A stretch of 64,000 bases of DNA, taken from the IMG/VR virus record IMGVR_UViG_3300010883_000009, positions 1 through 64,000 of that record, one strand, 5' to 3'. Every line of letters starts with the position of its first letter. The stretch's first letter is position 1. The notes beneath the pieces are model-generated. The model was not told where the DNA came from. It saw only the letters and a list, made by a program, of their open reading frames with translations, and ran no database searches. Origin of the DNA: a virus. The position numbers and the translations under genes are program-made. This document shows positions 1 to 8,864 of this stretch, in pieces.

Positions 1-422
1 AAAGAATCTTTGGCTTTGCCAATGGTAATACTTGCTCCACCAAAAAGTGGCAACCATTTAGACATTGCGCCTTGGGATTTCTTTATGTTGTTGCTCCATT
101 TGTCCCAAGTCGTTGCGCTTTTGCCAACAGCTTGATCTAGAGCTTTGGTAGAATCACGAAGTTGCTGTAGGCTGTTATTAGAATGATCCGCCTGCACGTT
201 TTTTGTTTGGATAGATTTGGCAAGCGCTTCCATCTGAGGTGTAACGCGCCCTGCGGCTTTACCCATCGCATCATAACGCGATGCCATATCCGCCCCGCGA
301 GAAAAAATGTCCTGAACAGTTTTAGCCTGATGAGCAATAGCTTCAAGCCCACCGCCTGCCCCGGCAATTGCCCTCATGAGCGACTGGAAATCTTCCGAAG
401 CATTTAATATTTCTTCTGACAT
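1..422 (-). CDS. Probable tail tape measure protein, N-terminal part (runs off the window)
   Basis: Manual translation from ATG 422: MSEEILNASEDFQSLMRAIAGAGGGLEAIAHQAK..., Ala/Gly/Lys-rich and helical, open to the window edge; lies downstream of tail tube and chaperone genes. Confidence 0.65.
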   Translation of the reverse strand, partial: MSEEILNASEDFQSLMRAIAGAGGGLEAIAHQAKTVQDIFSRGADMASRYDAMGKAAGRVTPQMEALAKSIQTKNVQADHSNNSLQQLRDSTKALDQAVGKSATTWDKWSNNIKKSQGAMSKWLPLFGGASITIGKAKDS

Positions 423-448
423 GATTTAAAATGAACCCTGTTAAAGGA

Positions 449-1456
449 TTATAGTTTTACTTGAGACATAATCATCGTCAAGACGAGAGCTGTAAATTCT
501 ACAAACGTAGGATGTACCCAATCTCGTTGAGTGAATTCAACGCGAGGAGGAGAATCAACAGTCCCCCTTCCCTTTTCTAACATTAAATCGTAAAAGTACT
601 TATCGAATTCTTGGTCGGTCATTTTTGTGTTAAACCGCATAGCAGAATTGATTAGTAGATTGTAATTAAACTCGTAATCGTCTAAGTCCGTGCGTTTTAA
701 AATGGTTTTAGCGACATCTTGCGCCTGCAAAACCATATAACTTCTATCGCGGGGTAGTCCAGTCAACCTAGATTGTGATAAAGCTTTAGGATTAACCAAA
801 AACATTCGGTCTGATCTTATAGAATCTGCTAAAACATCAAACCCATTGGAATCCAAAATAGAGACGATTTGTTGGCTTGCCTCGTCAATAAGGTAAAGGA
901 ACAACTCTCGTTTTTTCTCATTTTTAGTCAACTTCGTCGGCTTCTGCTGAGTTCCGCCTAGATCACCATACGGTTTATTGACAAGACCCTGAGTATGTTT
1001 CCTGAACTCATTTTCAATCTCTCTAAGGTTCTCTTCTACCAACGGAACATCCGATTCCCCTACGGAATGGAAAATGTCTGTATGAGAAAGAATTTGCTCG
1101 AAAGGTTCGAGTATAGCTGAACCGCTTTTTTGGTAAATCTCTGAAAAACTCAAAATAGTTGGGAGATATTTAGAATTGTTGGTCCCAACAAAGTATTTGA
1201 CAAAATCTGGCTTAGAAATCCCATCAGGGTGAGATTCCAGCATTGTGTCGATAAAACGCAATGTATCTAGAACCACTGGATGTGTGAGAGCAGCTAAAGA
1301 TTTTTTAGCTCCTTGTCCTTTGACCCAAGTAAGGAACTCAGCATCAAAATCCATTGCAATCAGAAAAAGTCTTTGAGACAATAAGCGATCAGAGAAGGAT
1401 TTTGAAAGCTGGACCAGTTCAGATCGCAAATTGTGCAATACTTTAGAGGTTTTCAT
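449..1456 (-). CDS. Hypothetical protein (335 aa) between tail chaperones and tape measure
   Basis: Long ORF, GAGG RBS, promoter-like motif at 1477-1505. Confidence 0.6.
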   Translation of the reverse strand: MKTSKVLHNLRSELVQLSKSFSDRLLSQRLFLIAMDFDAEFLTWVKGQGAKKSLAALTHPVVLDTLRFIDTMLESHPDGISKPDFVKYFVGTNNSKYLPTILSFSEIYQKSGSAILEPFEQILSHTDIFHSVGESDVPLVEENLREIENEFRKHTQGLVNKPYGDLGGTQQKPTKLTKNEKKRELFLYLIDEASQQIVSILDSNGFDVLADSIRSDRMFLVNPKALSQSRLTGLPRDRSYMVLQAQDVAKTILKRTDLDDYEFNYNLLINSAMRFNTKMTDQEFDKYFYDLMLEKGRGTVDSPPRVEFTQRDWVHPTFVEFTALVLTMIMSQVKL

Positions 1457-1476
1457 AGCCTTTTATTCCTCTAAAG

Positions 1477-1505
1477 TACTTCAAAGATCTTCACATAAAT
1501 ACCTT
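1477..1505 (-). promoter_or_regulatory. Putative late promoter (AAGG-N19-GAAGTA)
   Basis: Member of a recurrent intergenic bipartite motif. Confidence 0.5.
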
Positions 1506-1506
1506 C

Positions 1507-2058
1507 TTATAAGATAGCTTTCATGCCTACTTCGTCGCGTATTCCTTTAAGAATGGCTTTGATAATGTCCGGGTCGAGTTGAACCATACGGGAGATGTCC
1601 TGTTCTAAGCTCCAACTTCTTACTAATGTAACCATTCTTGCCAACTCCAACTGAACGATATCAGAAATTTTCATTTCGTCAGGAGAACGATAAACACTAC
1701 TGTTGATGATAACCTCATAATCGCCTTGGCTCGGAAGTTTAAAGGTAACTGCGAACTCGTTAACATCCTGCGCTTCGTCAAATTCGGTATCTCCATCTTC
1801 AACGAAAAGTTTTTCTTCAATCTTATACCATCTGACCTTTACATCGAAAGTATCGTCTTCGGTAATGAAGATGTCCTCATTCTCTTCTTCCTCTTTCTGT
1901 TCTTCTGAAGTTTCCTTTTCTTCCTTGGCTTCAGGTTCTTCAGTTGTCTCAGCAGTAGCCTCGACAGCAGTTTCAGTTGCTTCAGTTGCTTCGACGACTT
2001 CTTCGACGACTTCTTCGACGGGAGCCTGCTCTTCTTTTACTTCTTTTTCTTCTGACAT
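1507..2058 (-). CDS. Tail assembly chaperone-like paralog with acidic N-terminus
   Basis: C-terminal half aligns by eye with 2344..2775 (VRWYK/VVYYK, VRSWSL/ILNWDA, QLDPDIIKAIL/KMSPDIAETIL); GGAGG RBS. Confidence 0.5.
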   Translation of the reverse strand: MSEEKEVKEEQAPVEEVVEEVVEATEATETAVEATAETTEEPEAKEEKETSEEQKEEEENEDIFITEDDTFDVKVRWYKIEEKLFVEDGDTEFDEAQDVNEFAVTFKLPSQGDYEVIINSSVYRSPDEMKISDIVQLELARMVTLVRSWSLEQDISRMVQLDPDIIKAILKGIRDEVGMKAIL

Positions 2059-2080
2059 GTCTTCCTCCTAATGTTGTTTA

Positions 2081-2356
2081 TCAAAATCGTTTCGATTGTC
2101 CACTGGACATCGCCTGTCCTCTTCCCTTGCTGTCTTGGACCTGTTGCGCGAAAGCCTGACTTTCTTGTTCGATTTCTCGTTGCTGTCTGCGAACGATATA
2201 GTACTCTTGTAACTGTCGGTAAGGGATCTGTCTTATTTCTTGCGGCAACCAGTGATATGCTTCCATTAATTCTGATTCGATGATCGCTCTTTTAACAGCA
2301 GACGTAACCAACCCCTTACCTTTGATATAATTATACGTCTGCTCTAGGATTTTTTT
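2081..2356 (-). CDS. -1 frame extension of tail assembly chaperone (gpGT-like)
   Basis: Open -1 frame from the A8 run at 2350-2357 through the 76-aa ORF; contains YHWLPQEIRQIP, the HW-type motif typical of gpT segments. Confidence 0.7.
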   Translation of the reverse strand, partial: KKILEQTYNYIKGKGLVTSAVKRAIIESELMEAYHWLPQEIRQIPYRQLQEYYIVRRQQREIEQESQAFAQQVQDSKGRGQAMSSGQSKRF

Positions 2357-2775
2357 TCCGTCTCCTCATCGATTAGCGTCATCTGATCATATCTGTTCAG
2401 AATCGTTTCCGCTATATCGGGAGACATCTTTGTTATCATTTGTGGAGAAGGAGGTACGACTACAAATTCGCCCTCTTCATTTTTCGCTTTAGCATCCCAA
2501 TTAAGAATGATACTGCGAAGCTTGTTCTCTTTGTATACCTTGTAGTTCCATTTACGGTTGCCTAGTTGATCTGCAACCATCGCGTTTTCTTGAAGGTCGT
2601 TATACAACCCCCAAGTCAATTGTCTAGTATTGACCGTTAATTTCTTGAATTCTGCTTTCTCTTCTTCTGGCATATCAAGATCTTTAAAGGTCTCGTCGTC
2701 GTAGGACACGTAATGGCGTCCCACTTTCTTATAATAGACAACAACCGTCATTAGTTCTTCATCTTCTACAAACAT
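2344..2775 (-). CDS. Tail assembly chaperone (gpG-like)
   Basis: Directly after tail tube; GGAGG RBS before ATG 2775; ends GAA AAA AAA TCC TAG (slippery site). Confidence 0.7.
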   Translation of the reverse strand: MFVEDEELMTVVVYYKKVGRHYVSYDDETFKDLDMPEEEKAEFKKLTVNTRQLTWGLYNDLQENAMVADQLGNRKWNYKVYKENKLRSIILNWDAKAKNEEGEFVVVPPSPQMITKMSPDIAETILNRYDQMTLIDEETEKKS

Positions 2776-2847
2776 AGTACCTCCTTTGGTTATTGTTGTG
2801 ACTGTATTATACAAGAAAAGTGTTCACCGGAACAGTGATATATATGA

Positions 2848-2879
2848 AAACAGGGCAGGTATAAGAACCTGCCCTGTTT
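2848..2879. terminator. Intrinsic terminator after tail tube
   Basis: AAACAGGGCAGGT-ATAAGA-ACCTGCCCTGTTT perfect 13-bp stem with A/T flanks. Confidence 0.75.
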
Positions 2880-2916
2880 AAAAAAATGTAACTTTTTTAA
2901 GTAGCCGCTAAAACGC

Positions 2917-3795
2917 TTAGAACGCTTGCGTACCTACTCCAGTAAATGCTACAGTCGAAATAATCGGACCTACGCTAGATGTTGGTTCGACTCTGTGGAA
3001 CTTAACATTAGCGACAATTGTCAAGCCGCCGATCCCAAACGTTACTGTTCCAGTGGCGGATGCTGCATTTTCCGCGTCTGAGTAACCATCCGCTCCGTCT
3101 GTATTAGAAGGAACATTGTAAGCCGAAATACTACCTGTAATCGTTCTCAATCCGGGAACCAGATCGAATGGGTAGTAGTTCGCGCTGCTATGAATCGCAT
3201 AGACAGGTTCTACGTTATTACTTAATGTAAATTCAAAATTGCTATAAACTGTTGAAGATGGAGCGTTTGTTCCGGTACAAGTTACAGAGAGGGCGTCCCA
3301 TGTCAAGAGCTTTTCTGCTGCTGCTCCAGTTACGCCACTCGATCCCCCTATCCATGCAGGAGGAGTTGGATCGCCTGCGCCCAAAACGTCAATAGAAAAC
3401 TGAGCAATATCCCCGGCAGAAGCCGAGAAAGTAATACTGTTGACATACATTTCGCCAAATGATCTTGCCGATTCGCTTCCTGTTGCTGAACCGCAAAAGT
3501 AGTAAAGATCTACTGTTTTAGCTCCTAACAATCCGCATGCGTCACGATCAACAGCCCAGTTCCAAACGGAGCCTGCTCCGCTACTCGCAAAGCTTTCTGT
3601 TACAGGACCAGAAATAGATCCATCTACCTGCGCTGGGCCATAAACGTAAGCCATACGATTAAAGTTCCCCATAATAAGATCTGGGGCATTGACTTCTTGT
3701 TTTACAGATATGTTGGCATCGCTAAAGCGGAGTTCGTTTGTCCCCGCGATGTTAGCATATCCCATGTAGCCTGCTCTAATATCGCCTATCGCCAT
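2917..3795 (-). CDS. Major tail (tube) protein
   Basis: 292 aa, Gly/Ser/Thr-rich beta protein with VDGSISGP, FEFTLSNN and GLRTITGSI strands; position before chaperone and tape measure; strong RBS and terminator. Confidence 0.7.
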   Translation of the reverse strand: MAIGDIRAGYMGYANIAGTNELRFSDANISVKQEVNAPDLIMGNFNRMAYVYGPAQVDGSISGPVTESFASSGAGSVWNWAVDRDACGLLGAKTVDLYYFCGSATGSESARSFGEMYVNSITFSASAGDIAQFSIDVLGAGDPTPPAWIGGSSGVTGAAAEKLLTWDALSVTCTGTNAPSSTVYSNFEFTLSNNVEPVYAIHSSANYYPFDLVPGLRTITGSISAYNVPSNTDGADGYSDAENAASATGTVTFGIGGLTIVANVKFHRVEPTSSVGPIISTVAFTGVGTQAF

Positions 3796-3853
3796 GATTA
3801 TCTCCTTTTTCTAATTATTCAAGCTTTGCTGAAATTATCCTGCTTTTTTCATC

Positions 3854-4228
3854 TTAATTGAATTTCATTGGTTTTTGTTCAGCAACAGTAGTACCGTTGT
3901 GGAGGGGGTCATGACCGAGTACGTAATCAGCTAAATAGTCTACAACCATAGATTTAACATTCCCATAAGCTGCTGCCGTATTTGATAAACGTTGTCTTGA
4001 TGTTCCAGGATTTGCACTATTCAAAGCAACATCGCTCAAACTTTCAGAAACCCTTGCGCCATACTTATTACCATCTTCATCTGTCGCCGCAGTTGTAAAC
4101 TTAAAGAAGTACTTTGGATTATCAGAAACGCCATTTGAGCTAGAAGCCAAATAATCATTGACGAAATCTAAGGCGACTGTCTTGCTGGTAGCGTTTCCAT
4201 TACTGTATATGCTGTAATTAATTGGCAT
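3854..4228 (-). CDS. Putative virion structural protein (124 aa)
   Basis: GGAG RBS, beta-type composition, in tail operon. Confidence 0.5.
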   Translation of the reverse strand: MPINYSIYSNGNATSKTVALDFVNDYLASSSNGVSDNPKYFFKFTTAATDEDGNKYGARVSESLSDVALNSANPGTSRQRLSNTAAAYGNVKSMVVDYLADYVLGHDPLHNGTTVAEQKPMKFN

Positions 4229-4239
4229 TTCCTGTCTCC

Positions 4240-4638
4240 TTAATCATCAAGGGGTGAACTTGAACTTGAACTTTCTCCTAGACTTGAACTTGAACTGCTT
4301 TCGCCCAATGAGCTAGAGGAAGAACTGCTTTCTCCAAACGAACTAGAAGAACTCGAACTAGACTCTGCCAACTGCGCAGTCGTGGTGAAATACTCATAAT
4401 ACATGAGTGCCAACTGGTTAAAGTCAAAAGCCGCAGGATATCCCGGAGGCGTATCTGCCATAGTCCGAACTCTAAACGTCGGGAATGTGCCTCCTGCAAG
4501 AGTTGGAATCGTCGTAGATACCAACAAATAATAATCAACTTCGCCAGTGGTAGTATCGTCCAAAACTCCAGAAGCGATGTTGAGATCGATATTTAACGTA
4601 GTATTCGTCTCTTGATTGTAGATTTTTATTTGTGCCAT
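4240..4638 (-). CDS. Putative virion protein with C-terminal poly-Ser tract
   Basis: GAGGAG RBS; (GESSSSSS)-type repeats at the C-terminus. Confidence 0.55.
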   Translation of the reverse strand: MAQIKIYNQETNTTLNIDLNIASGVLDDTTTGEVDYYLLVSTTIPTLAGGTFPTFRVRTMADTPPGYPAAFDFNQLALMYYEYFTTTAQLAESSSSSSSSFGESSSSSSSLGESSSSSSLGESSSSSSPLDD

Positions 4639-4696
4639 CGCTACTCCTCAAATCTCTTATTAAAATTCATTTTCACACTATCTTTATTCTGCATAC

Positions 4697-4725
4697 TATT
4701 TCATATGCCTTACCCGTAATTCCTC
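4697..4725 (-). promoter_or_regulatory. Putative late promoter (GAGG-N19-GAAATA); second copy at 4779-4807
   Basis: Recurrent motif upstream of tail operon. Confidence 0.55.
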
Positions 4726-4961
4726 TTTTATTTTTTGAGGATTAACGGCGCTAAGCTTACAATTAATTTGTCTTTAATTTATTCTTCAATAACGGGGTAA
4801 AATCCTCCTATCCTAACGGTAAATCCCAAATTGCATTCTGGCTGTCCTCCCTGACAGCGTTCTGCCCGTCCTCAAAAACCTTATTTTGGACTTCTAAACT
4901 GCTCGAAGAACTTGAATCGAGTGAGCTACTTGCATGAACTACTTGAACTGCTTTCAGAGCT

Positions 4962-6002
4962 TTAACTACTGCTAGAGCTTGAACTCGAAGAGCTTCCTTC
5001 AGGAATACGATCAAAGTTATCAACTCCATCTGAAGTCTGAGGGAAATAGTGACGATTGACCCATTTTCCGAACCAATTGATTTCAGAAGCCCTTAAAAAG
5101 GCGCTTCCCTTAGAAACTTCTCCATAGTTCACTCCATCTGCTCTGGAATCATAAATGTACAACCCGATATGACGAATGACCGCAAACTCTGTCAACAAAA
5201 AGTTGTTTGCATCTGATCCACCCATCGTTATATGGATATTGCCACCGCCAACAACTCTGTTTGTGATATTGAAAAACCAATGAGACGCGCCCTGATTGTC
5301 TTGCAAACTGTACTCCTTGGGAGCATTTACGTCGGTATTGACTGTAAAATGTAGTCGATTAAAATCATTATCTTCAATAACAACTGTGTTGCCGCCTGCG
5401 GCATAGTCATTAACCAAAGGCGCTTCAACGTTATTAACATCGATATGGAGGTTATTATTAAGTAGAGAGTAAACTGCCCATGAATATCTGTCTAGAATTC
5501 TTCGTCCTTCATCCGTTGTGATTGACTTTCCGTAGACCATAATCCGAACGCGATATTCTTCGCTCAACCCGCCTTGAAGATAAATCCATTCATTGCTTAA
5601 AGAGACTGGTTCGATAGTAATCGCTATATCATCAGTGGGGATAACCTCCCTATCGCCGTACAAAACATTGTCTGAATAAAGAGGCGAATGACCAATGGTT
5701 TTTTGAATGAACGATTGATCGGCAACAAGCCAAGTACCTACAACAGCATCGTGCAAGGTAATGGAAGTTGTACTGTTGACGGATTTAATGCGAGCGTATT
5801 CAAAGACATTGTGATGAGTATGACCTTGCTGATTATATCCGTAATCAATTAAAACGATTTCTTCGTCTGCATGGAAACGGTAAGCGTTGTCAATAGCTAT
5901 ATCAGTGTCTCCGGTAGACACGTCAGAAGTAACATCAGTTTCGGCAATGATGTTTTTCTTAATTATGTCTATAATTCCATCAGCTATTAACTCAATAGAC
6001 AT
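4962..6002 (-). CDS. Putative tail completion/neck protein with poly-Ser tail
   Basis: GGAGG RBS before ATG 6002; follows head-tail adaptor; IAITIEP...YRVRIMVY resembles tail terminator strands. Confidence 0.5.
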   Translation of the reverse strand: MSIELIADGIIDIIKKNIIAETDVTSDVSTGDTDIAIDNAYRFHADEEIVLIDYGYNQQGHTHHNVFEYARIKSVNSTTSITLHDAVVGTWLVADQSFIQKTIGHSPLYSDNVLYGDREVIPTDDIAITIEPVSLSNEWIYLQGGLSEEYRVRIMVYGKSITTDEGRRILDRYSWAVYSLLNNNLHIDVNNVEAPLVNDYAAGGNTVVIEDNDFNRLHFTVNTDVNAPKEYSLQDNQGASHWFFNITNRVVGGGNIHITMGGSDANNFLLTEFAVIRHIGLYIYDSRADGVNYGEVSKGSAFLRASEINWFGKWVNRHYFPQTSDGVDNFDRIPEGSSSSSSSSSS

Positions 6003-6003
6003 T

Positions 6004-6237
6004 TTATCCTCCGAAAATGTCACTCAATTTATCTTTAACAAACTGAACGTCTGGATCGGTATTCTGAACCTTGATTAATTCCTCTTTGTTCTTTCGCAAT
6101 CGAGTGACTGGTTCTAAAGACCTACGAGATGCCGGATCGGTGTCTCCTTGTTTCTTTTTATGGACAATAGCCTCAAGATCGCTACCCAAAAGGCGCGTTT
6201 CTCTAGCCATTTCAGCAAGTGTATCAGCTAATGACAT
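6004..6237 (-). CDS. Small hypothetical neck-region protein
   Basis: TAATG coupling to the upstream gene. Confidence 0.55.
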   Translation of the reverse strand: MSLADTLAEMARETRLLGSDLEAIVHKKKQGDTDPASRRSLEPVTRLRKNKEELIKVQNTDPDVQFVKDKLSDIFGG

Positions 6238-6938
6238 TATTGTTTTTCCCTACCAAATTGGAACTCGGGCGTCGGGTTTTGGTAAGCGTCAAACAGCGAT
6301 CCTCTAACAAACCTCATACCCGTATGGTCCTGACCAAATAGAAGAGCCGATCCGCTTAGGATGTTATCCATGCTATTGATCGCTAACCTTCTCTGCTCCT
6401 TGCCGTATTCAGAAACGTTCGGAGCTTGTTCTGCCGCGAACAATTGATCGAAGCAGTATGAGATCGCCAAACGAGCGGTTACTAACGGGATGGGATCTGG
6501 AAATTCCAGAATACTAATTTTACTGTTATCCATCACATAAGTATTTTTAACTTGGTTGATAACGAGAGTGGTCATATTTTTGACAGAACCAATATCGTCA
6601 GTTTCCATTTGGCTACGGCTTTGCAGACGCACCATCTGTCCTTTAGAAAAAACCCCTGTATCGTGAACTCTAACCTCAACAGAAGATCCATTCATAACAT
6701 TTTGAAGGATTTCTGTCTCAAAAGTTTTAACTCGACGCAATGGGCAAACGTAATAAGGACGCAAACGGGAATCGACTTCTTCTTCAGCAAACCGTATATA
6801 ACGGATCGCTTCATCAGGCGTCAATTTTGATCGACTTGCTGGATCAGTGCGTCCCGGAGACGGCGTTCCAATATTGGTATCTCCGATTGTAATCGGCTCT
6901 GGCAAGAGCGCTATCATATCTTGTACTGTGCAATACAT
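6237..6938 (-). CDS. Head-tail adaptor (Mu gp36-like)
   Basis: N-terminal MYCTVQDM, AEEEVDSRLRPYY, VTARLA pattern typical of adaptor proteins. Confidence 0.6.
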   Translation of the reverse strand: MYCTVQDMIALLPEPITIGDTNIGTPSPGRTDPASRSKLTPDEAIRYIRFAEEEVDSRLRPYYVCPLRRVKTFETEILQNVMNGSSVEVRVHDTGVFSKGQMVRLQSRSQMETDDIGSVKNMTTLVINQVKNTYVMDNSKISILEFPDPIPLVTARLAISYCFDQLFAAEQAPNVSEYGKEQRRLAINSMDNILSGSALLFGQDHTGMRFVRGSLFDAYQNPTPEFQFGREKQ

Positions 6939-6975
6939 AAAAATTCTCCTATAAAAAGAAAAAGACTCTGGTTAT

Positions 6976-7004
6976 TATTTCAACAACCATAGCCTTAAAT
7001 CCTT
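6976..7004 (-). promoter_or_regulatory. Putative late promoter (AAGG-N19-GAAATA)
   Basis: Recurrent motif. Confidence 0.55.
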
Positions 7005-7015
7005 GTATCGGGAGG

Positions 7016-8194
7016 TTATTTGGATTTTTTACTATAGTCAGCCTGTGCGCGGATGCAAGCACCCTGAGAAACCGAATAAAAAGGCGTATCAGAATGCCTA
7101 ACTCGATATACATTAAATGGCAACTCAGAACTTTCGATAGCCTTACTCAGTCTATCACAAAATCCGGGAGCCATTGAAGTTCCTCCAGCAACAACTATCT
7201 CAACCTCGCCGTCCAATTCGCTGTTTAGATCTTTGAATTGCTGACTAATATGATGAACCATACGCTCAACCATCTCGTCACTATATACAGATAGCGCAGC
7301 TTGTATTCTGTCCGACATATCAACATTACCCAAATCAAGCTTCTTTTCCTTGACTTTGATAACTTTGCTTTTCTTAAACCCTGTCATGGTCGCTACCTGT
7401 TCATCCAAATAATCTCCAGATTTAGTGCAAGAAAACTCAACAATACTCAATCCCTTGTAGGCAAGAGCCAAATTCCACATACCTCCGCCGCAACTGCAAG
7501 TTATACCGCTCAATGGAACCTCTTCTTCATCTTCTTTCATGATAGGGTTACAATCATAAGTAATACACATTGCTTCATTGACCGGCTTGGCATCATAACC
7601 CATGCGTTCAAAGAAGTTTTGCAGAATCATTTCATGGAATTTGTTATTGATAGGAGAGTCAACGGGATCAGCAGGGACAGAAAACCTTAACGATTCTCCT
7701 TCCACCTTAGGATCGCCAACTACCGCTTTGATAATGTAGAAAAGCAATTCTGTAGATTCTTGGAGAGAAGGATTAAGAATCCCATCCTGCATAGGACGGA
7801 CTACTTCGCCTTTGCCAATTGCGTTGACTAATGTCAAAGCATCTTCCCCAACTACAAAATACTTCTTGCCAACTTTAACATAGAGATAGCTGCTCTTTTC
7901 GAGCAAATCCATAGCTTCCTCTGAAATATCAAGCGGATAAAGCATGTTACGATGGAAACGGTTTACAAACGTTCCATCTTTTGTTCTACGGGCAACTACA
8001 ATGTTGCTCGTACCAATATCTACGCCACAACCCGGCAAATACTCAACTGCTTCGTCTTCCTCATTAGCGATTTTGACAGTTGTTTGATTTTGAGAATCTT
8101 GGACGGGTTGAGCTTCTTCATTTGATTCTTTCTTAGGTGCTTCGCCGTTGCCAGCTACATCTTCCAAGACCTCATCTAGAATATCGTCGCTCAT
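7016..8194 (-). CDS. Actin-superfamily (MreB/ParM-like) ATPase
   Basis: Phosphate-1 GVDIGTSN, connect VNEA, phosphate-2 SCGGGMWN, adenosine VVAGGTS motifs. Confidence 0.8.
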   Translation of the reverse strand: MSDDILDEVLEDVAGNGEAPKKESNEEAQPVQDSQNQTTVKIANEEDEAVEYLPGCGVDIGTSNIVVARRTKDGTFVNRFHRNMLYPLDISEEAMDLLEKSSYLYVKVGKKYFVVGEDALTLVNAIGKGEVVRPMQDGILNPSLQESTELLFYIIKAVVGDPKVEGESLRFSVPADPVDSPINNKFHEMILQNFFERMGYDAKPVNEAMCITYDCNPIMKEDEEEVPLSGITCSCGGGMWNLALAYKGLSIVEFSCTKSGDYLDEQVATMTGFKKSKVIKVKEKKLDLGNVDMSDRIQAALSVYSDEMVERMVHHISQQFKDLNSELDGEVEIVVAGGTSMAPGFCDRLSKAIESSELPFNVYRVRHSDTPFYSVSQGACIRAQADYSKKSK

Positions 8195-8204
8195 TTTATT
8201 CTCC

Positions 8205-8573
8205 TCAGTCGTTTAGTTTAGTCAGTAAGTCAATGGTATTATCCACGTCTTTCTGATCCTTCTTTGTTTTCTCGACATTTCCTAAGTTTTCGAAGTTCGC
8301 TTCGTTATTTCCTCGTTCGACTAACATTTGGTCAGCCAAACGATCCATGGTTTTCGAATCATCAAATGTATCTGGTAAAGTTCCGTCTGAATGAATAATA
8401 TGAGTTGTTTGTTGAGGCAAATTCAAATTGATTGCTTGCGCAACCGCATTTGCCAATACATTAATATCCAAACTCTCTGACTTTTCTTCTTTCGGATCTT
8501 TCTCTACTACTTTTTCTATTACCTTTTCTCTTGTGAAACGCCCGGGTTCTGGTCTCTTGATGTAATGTGGCAT
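8205..8573 (-). CDS. Hypothetical protein (122 aa)
   Basis: GGAGG RBS, co-oriented. Confidence 0.55.
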   Translation of the reverse strand: MPHYIKRPEPGRFTREKVIEKVVEKDPKEEKSESLDINVLANAVAQAINLNLPQQTTHIIHSDGTLPDTFDDSKTMDRLADQMLVERGNNEANFENLGNVEKTKKDQKDVDNTIDLLTKLND

Positions 8574-8585
8574 AAGCCCTCCCGC

Positions 8586-8783
8586 TTAAGCAGTACCTAT
8601 GCGAGGCAAAGGACTGTGCTCCTGTTTTTTCTGCCATGTCTCTACATTCATTTGATTTTCTTTCTTACATTGCGGACATACGAAAAAGATCTTCTGATCA
8701 TAGAAGTCTATTTCTAAACAGAGGTCTTCTTCCCCTTGCATCCAAGTAGCTCGACAATGCTTACATCTTAAGGCTATTTTCAT
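8586..8783 (-). CDS. Small zinc-ribbon protein
   Basis: CKHC...CPQC. Confidence 0.6.
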   Translation of the reverse strand: MKIALRCKHCRATWMQGEEDLCLEIDFYDQKIFFVCPQCKKENQMNVETWQKKQEHSPLPRIGTA

Positions 8784-8810
8784 CTCAGAACCTCAGGTGA
8801 TATTATACAA

Positions 8811-8846
8811 AAAACGCACCATCTTGATAACAAAATGGTGCGTTTT
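8811..8846. terminator. Intrinsic terminator
   Basis: AAAACGCACCAT...ATGGTGCGTTTT stem. Confidence 0.65.
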
Positions 8847-8864
8847 CTTAGTTAATTTTGGTCT

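Noticed and set aside
2917-6938. Tail sheath and terminase genes
   Set aside because: No ORF of suitable size or motif lies between neck and tube, and no terminase motifs were recognised; they are outside the window or, for the sheath, absent.
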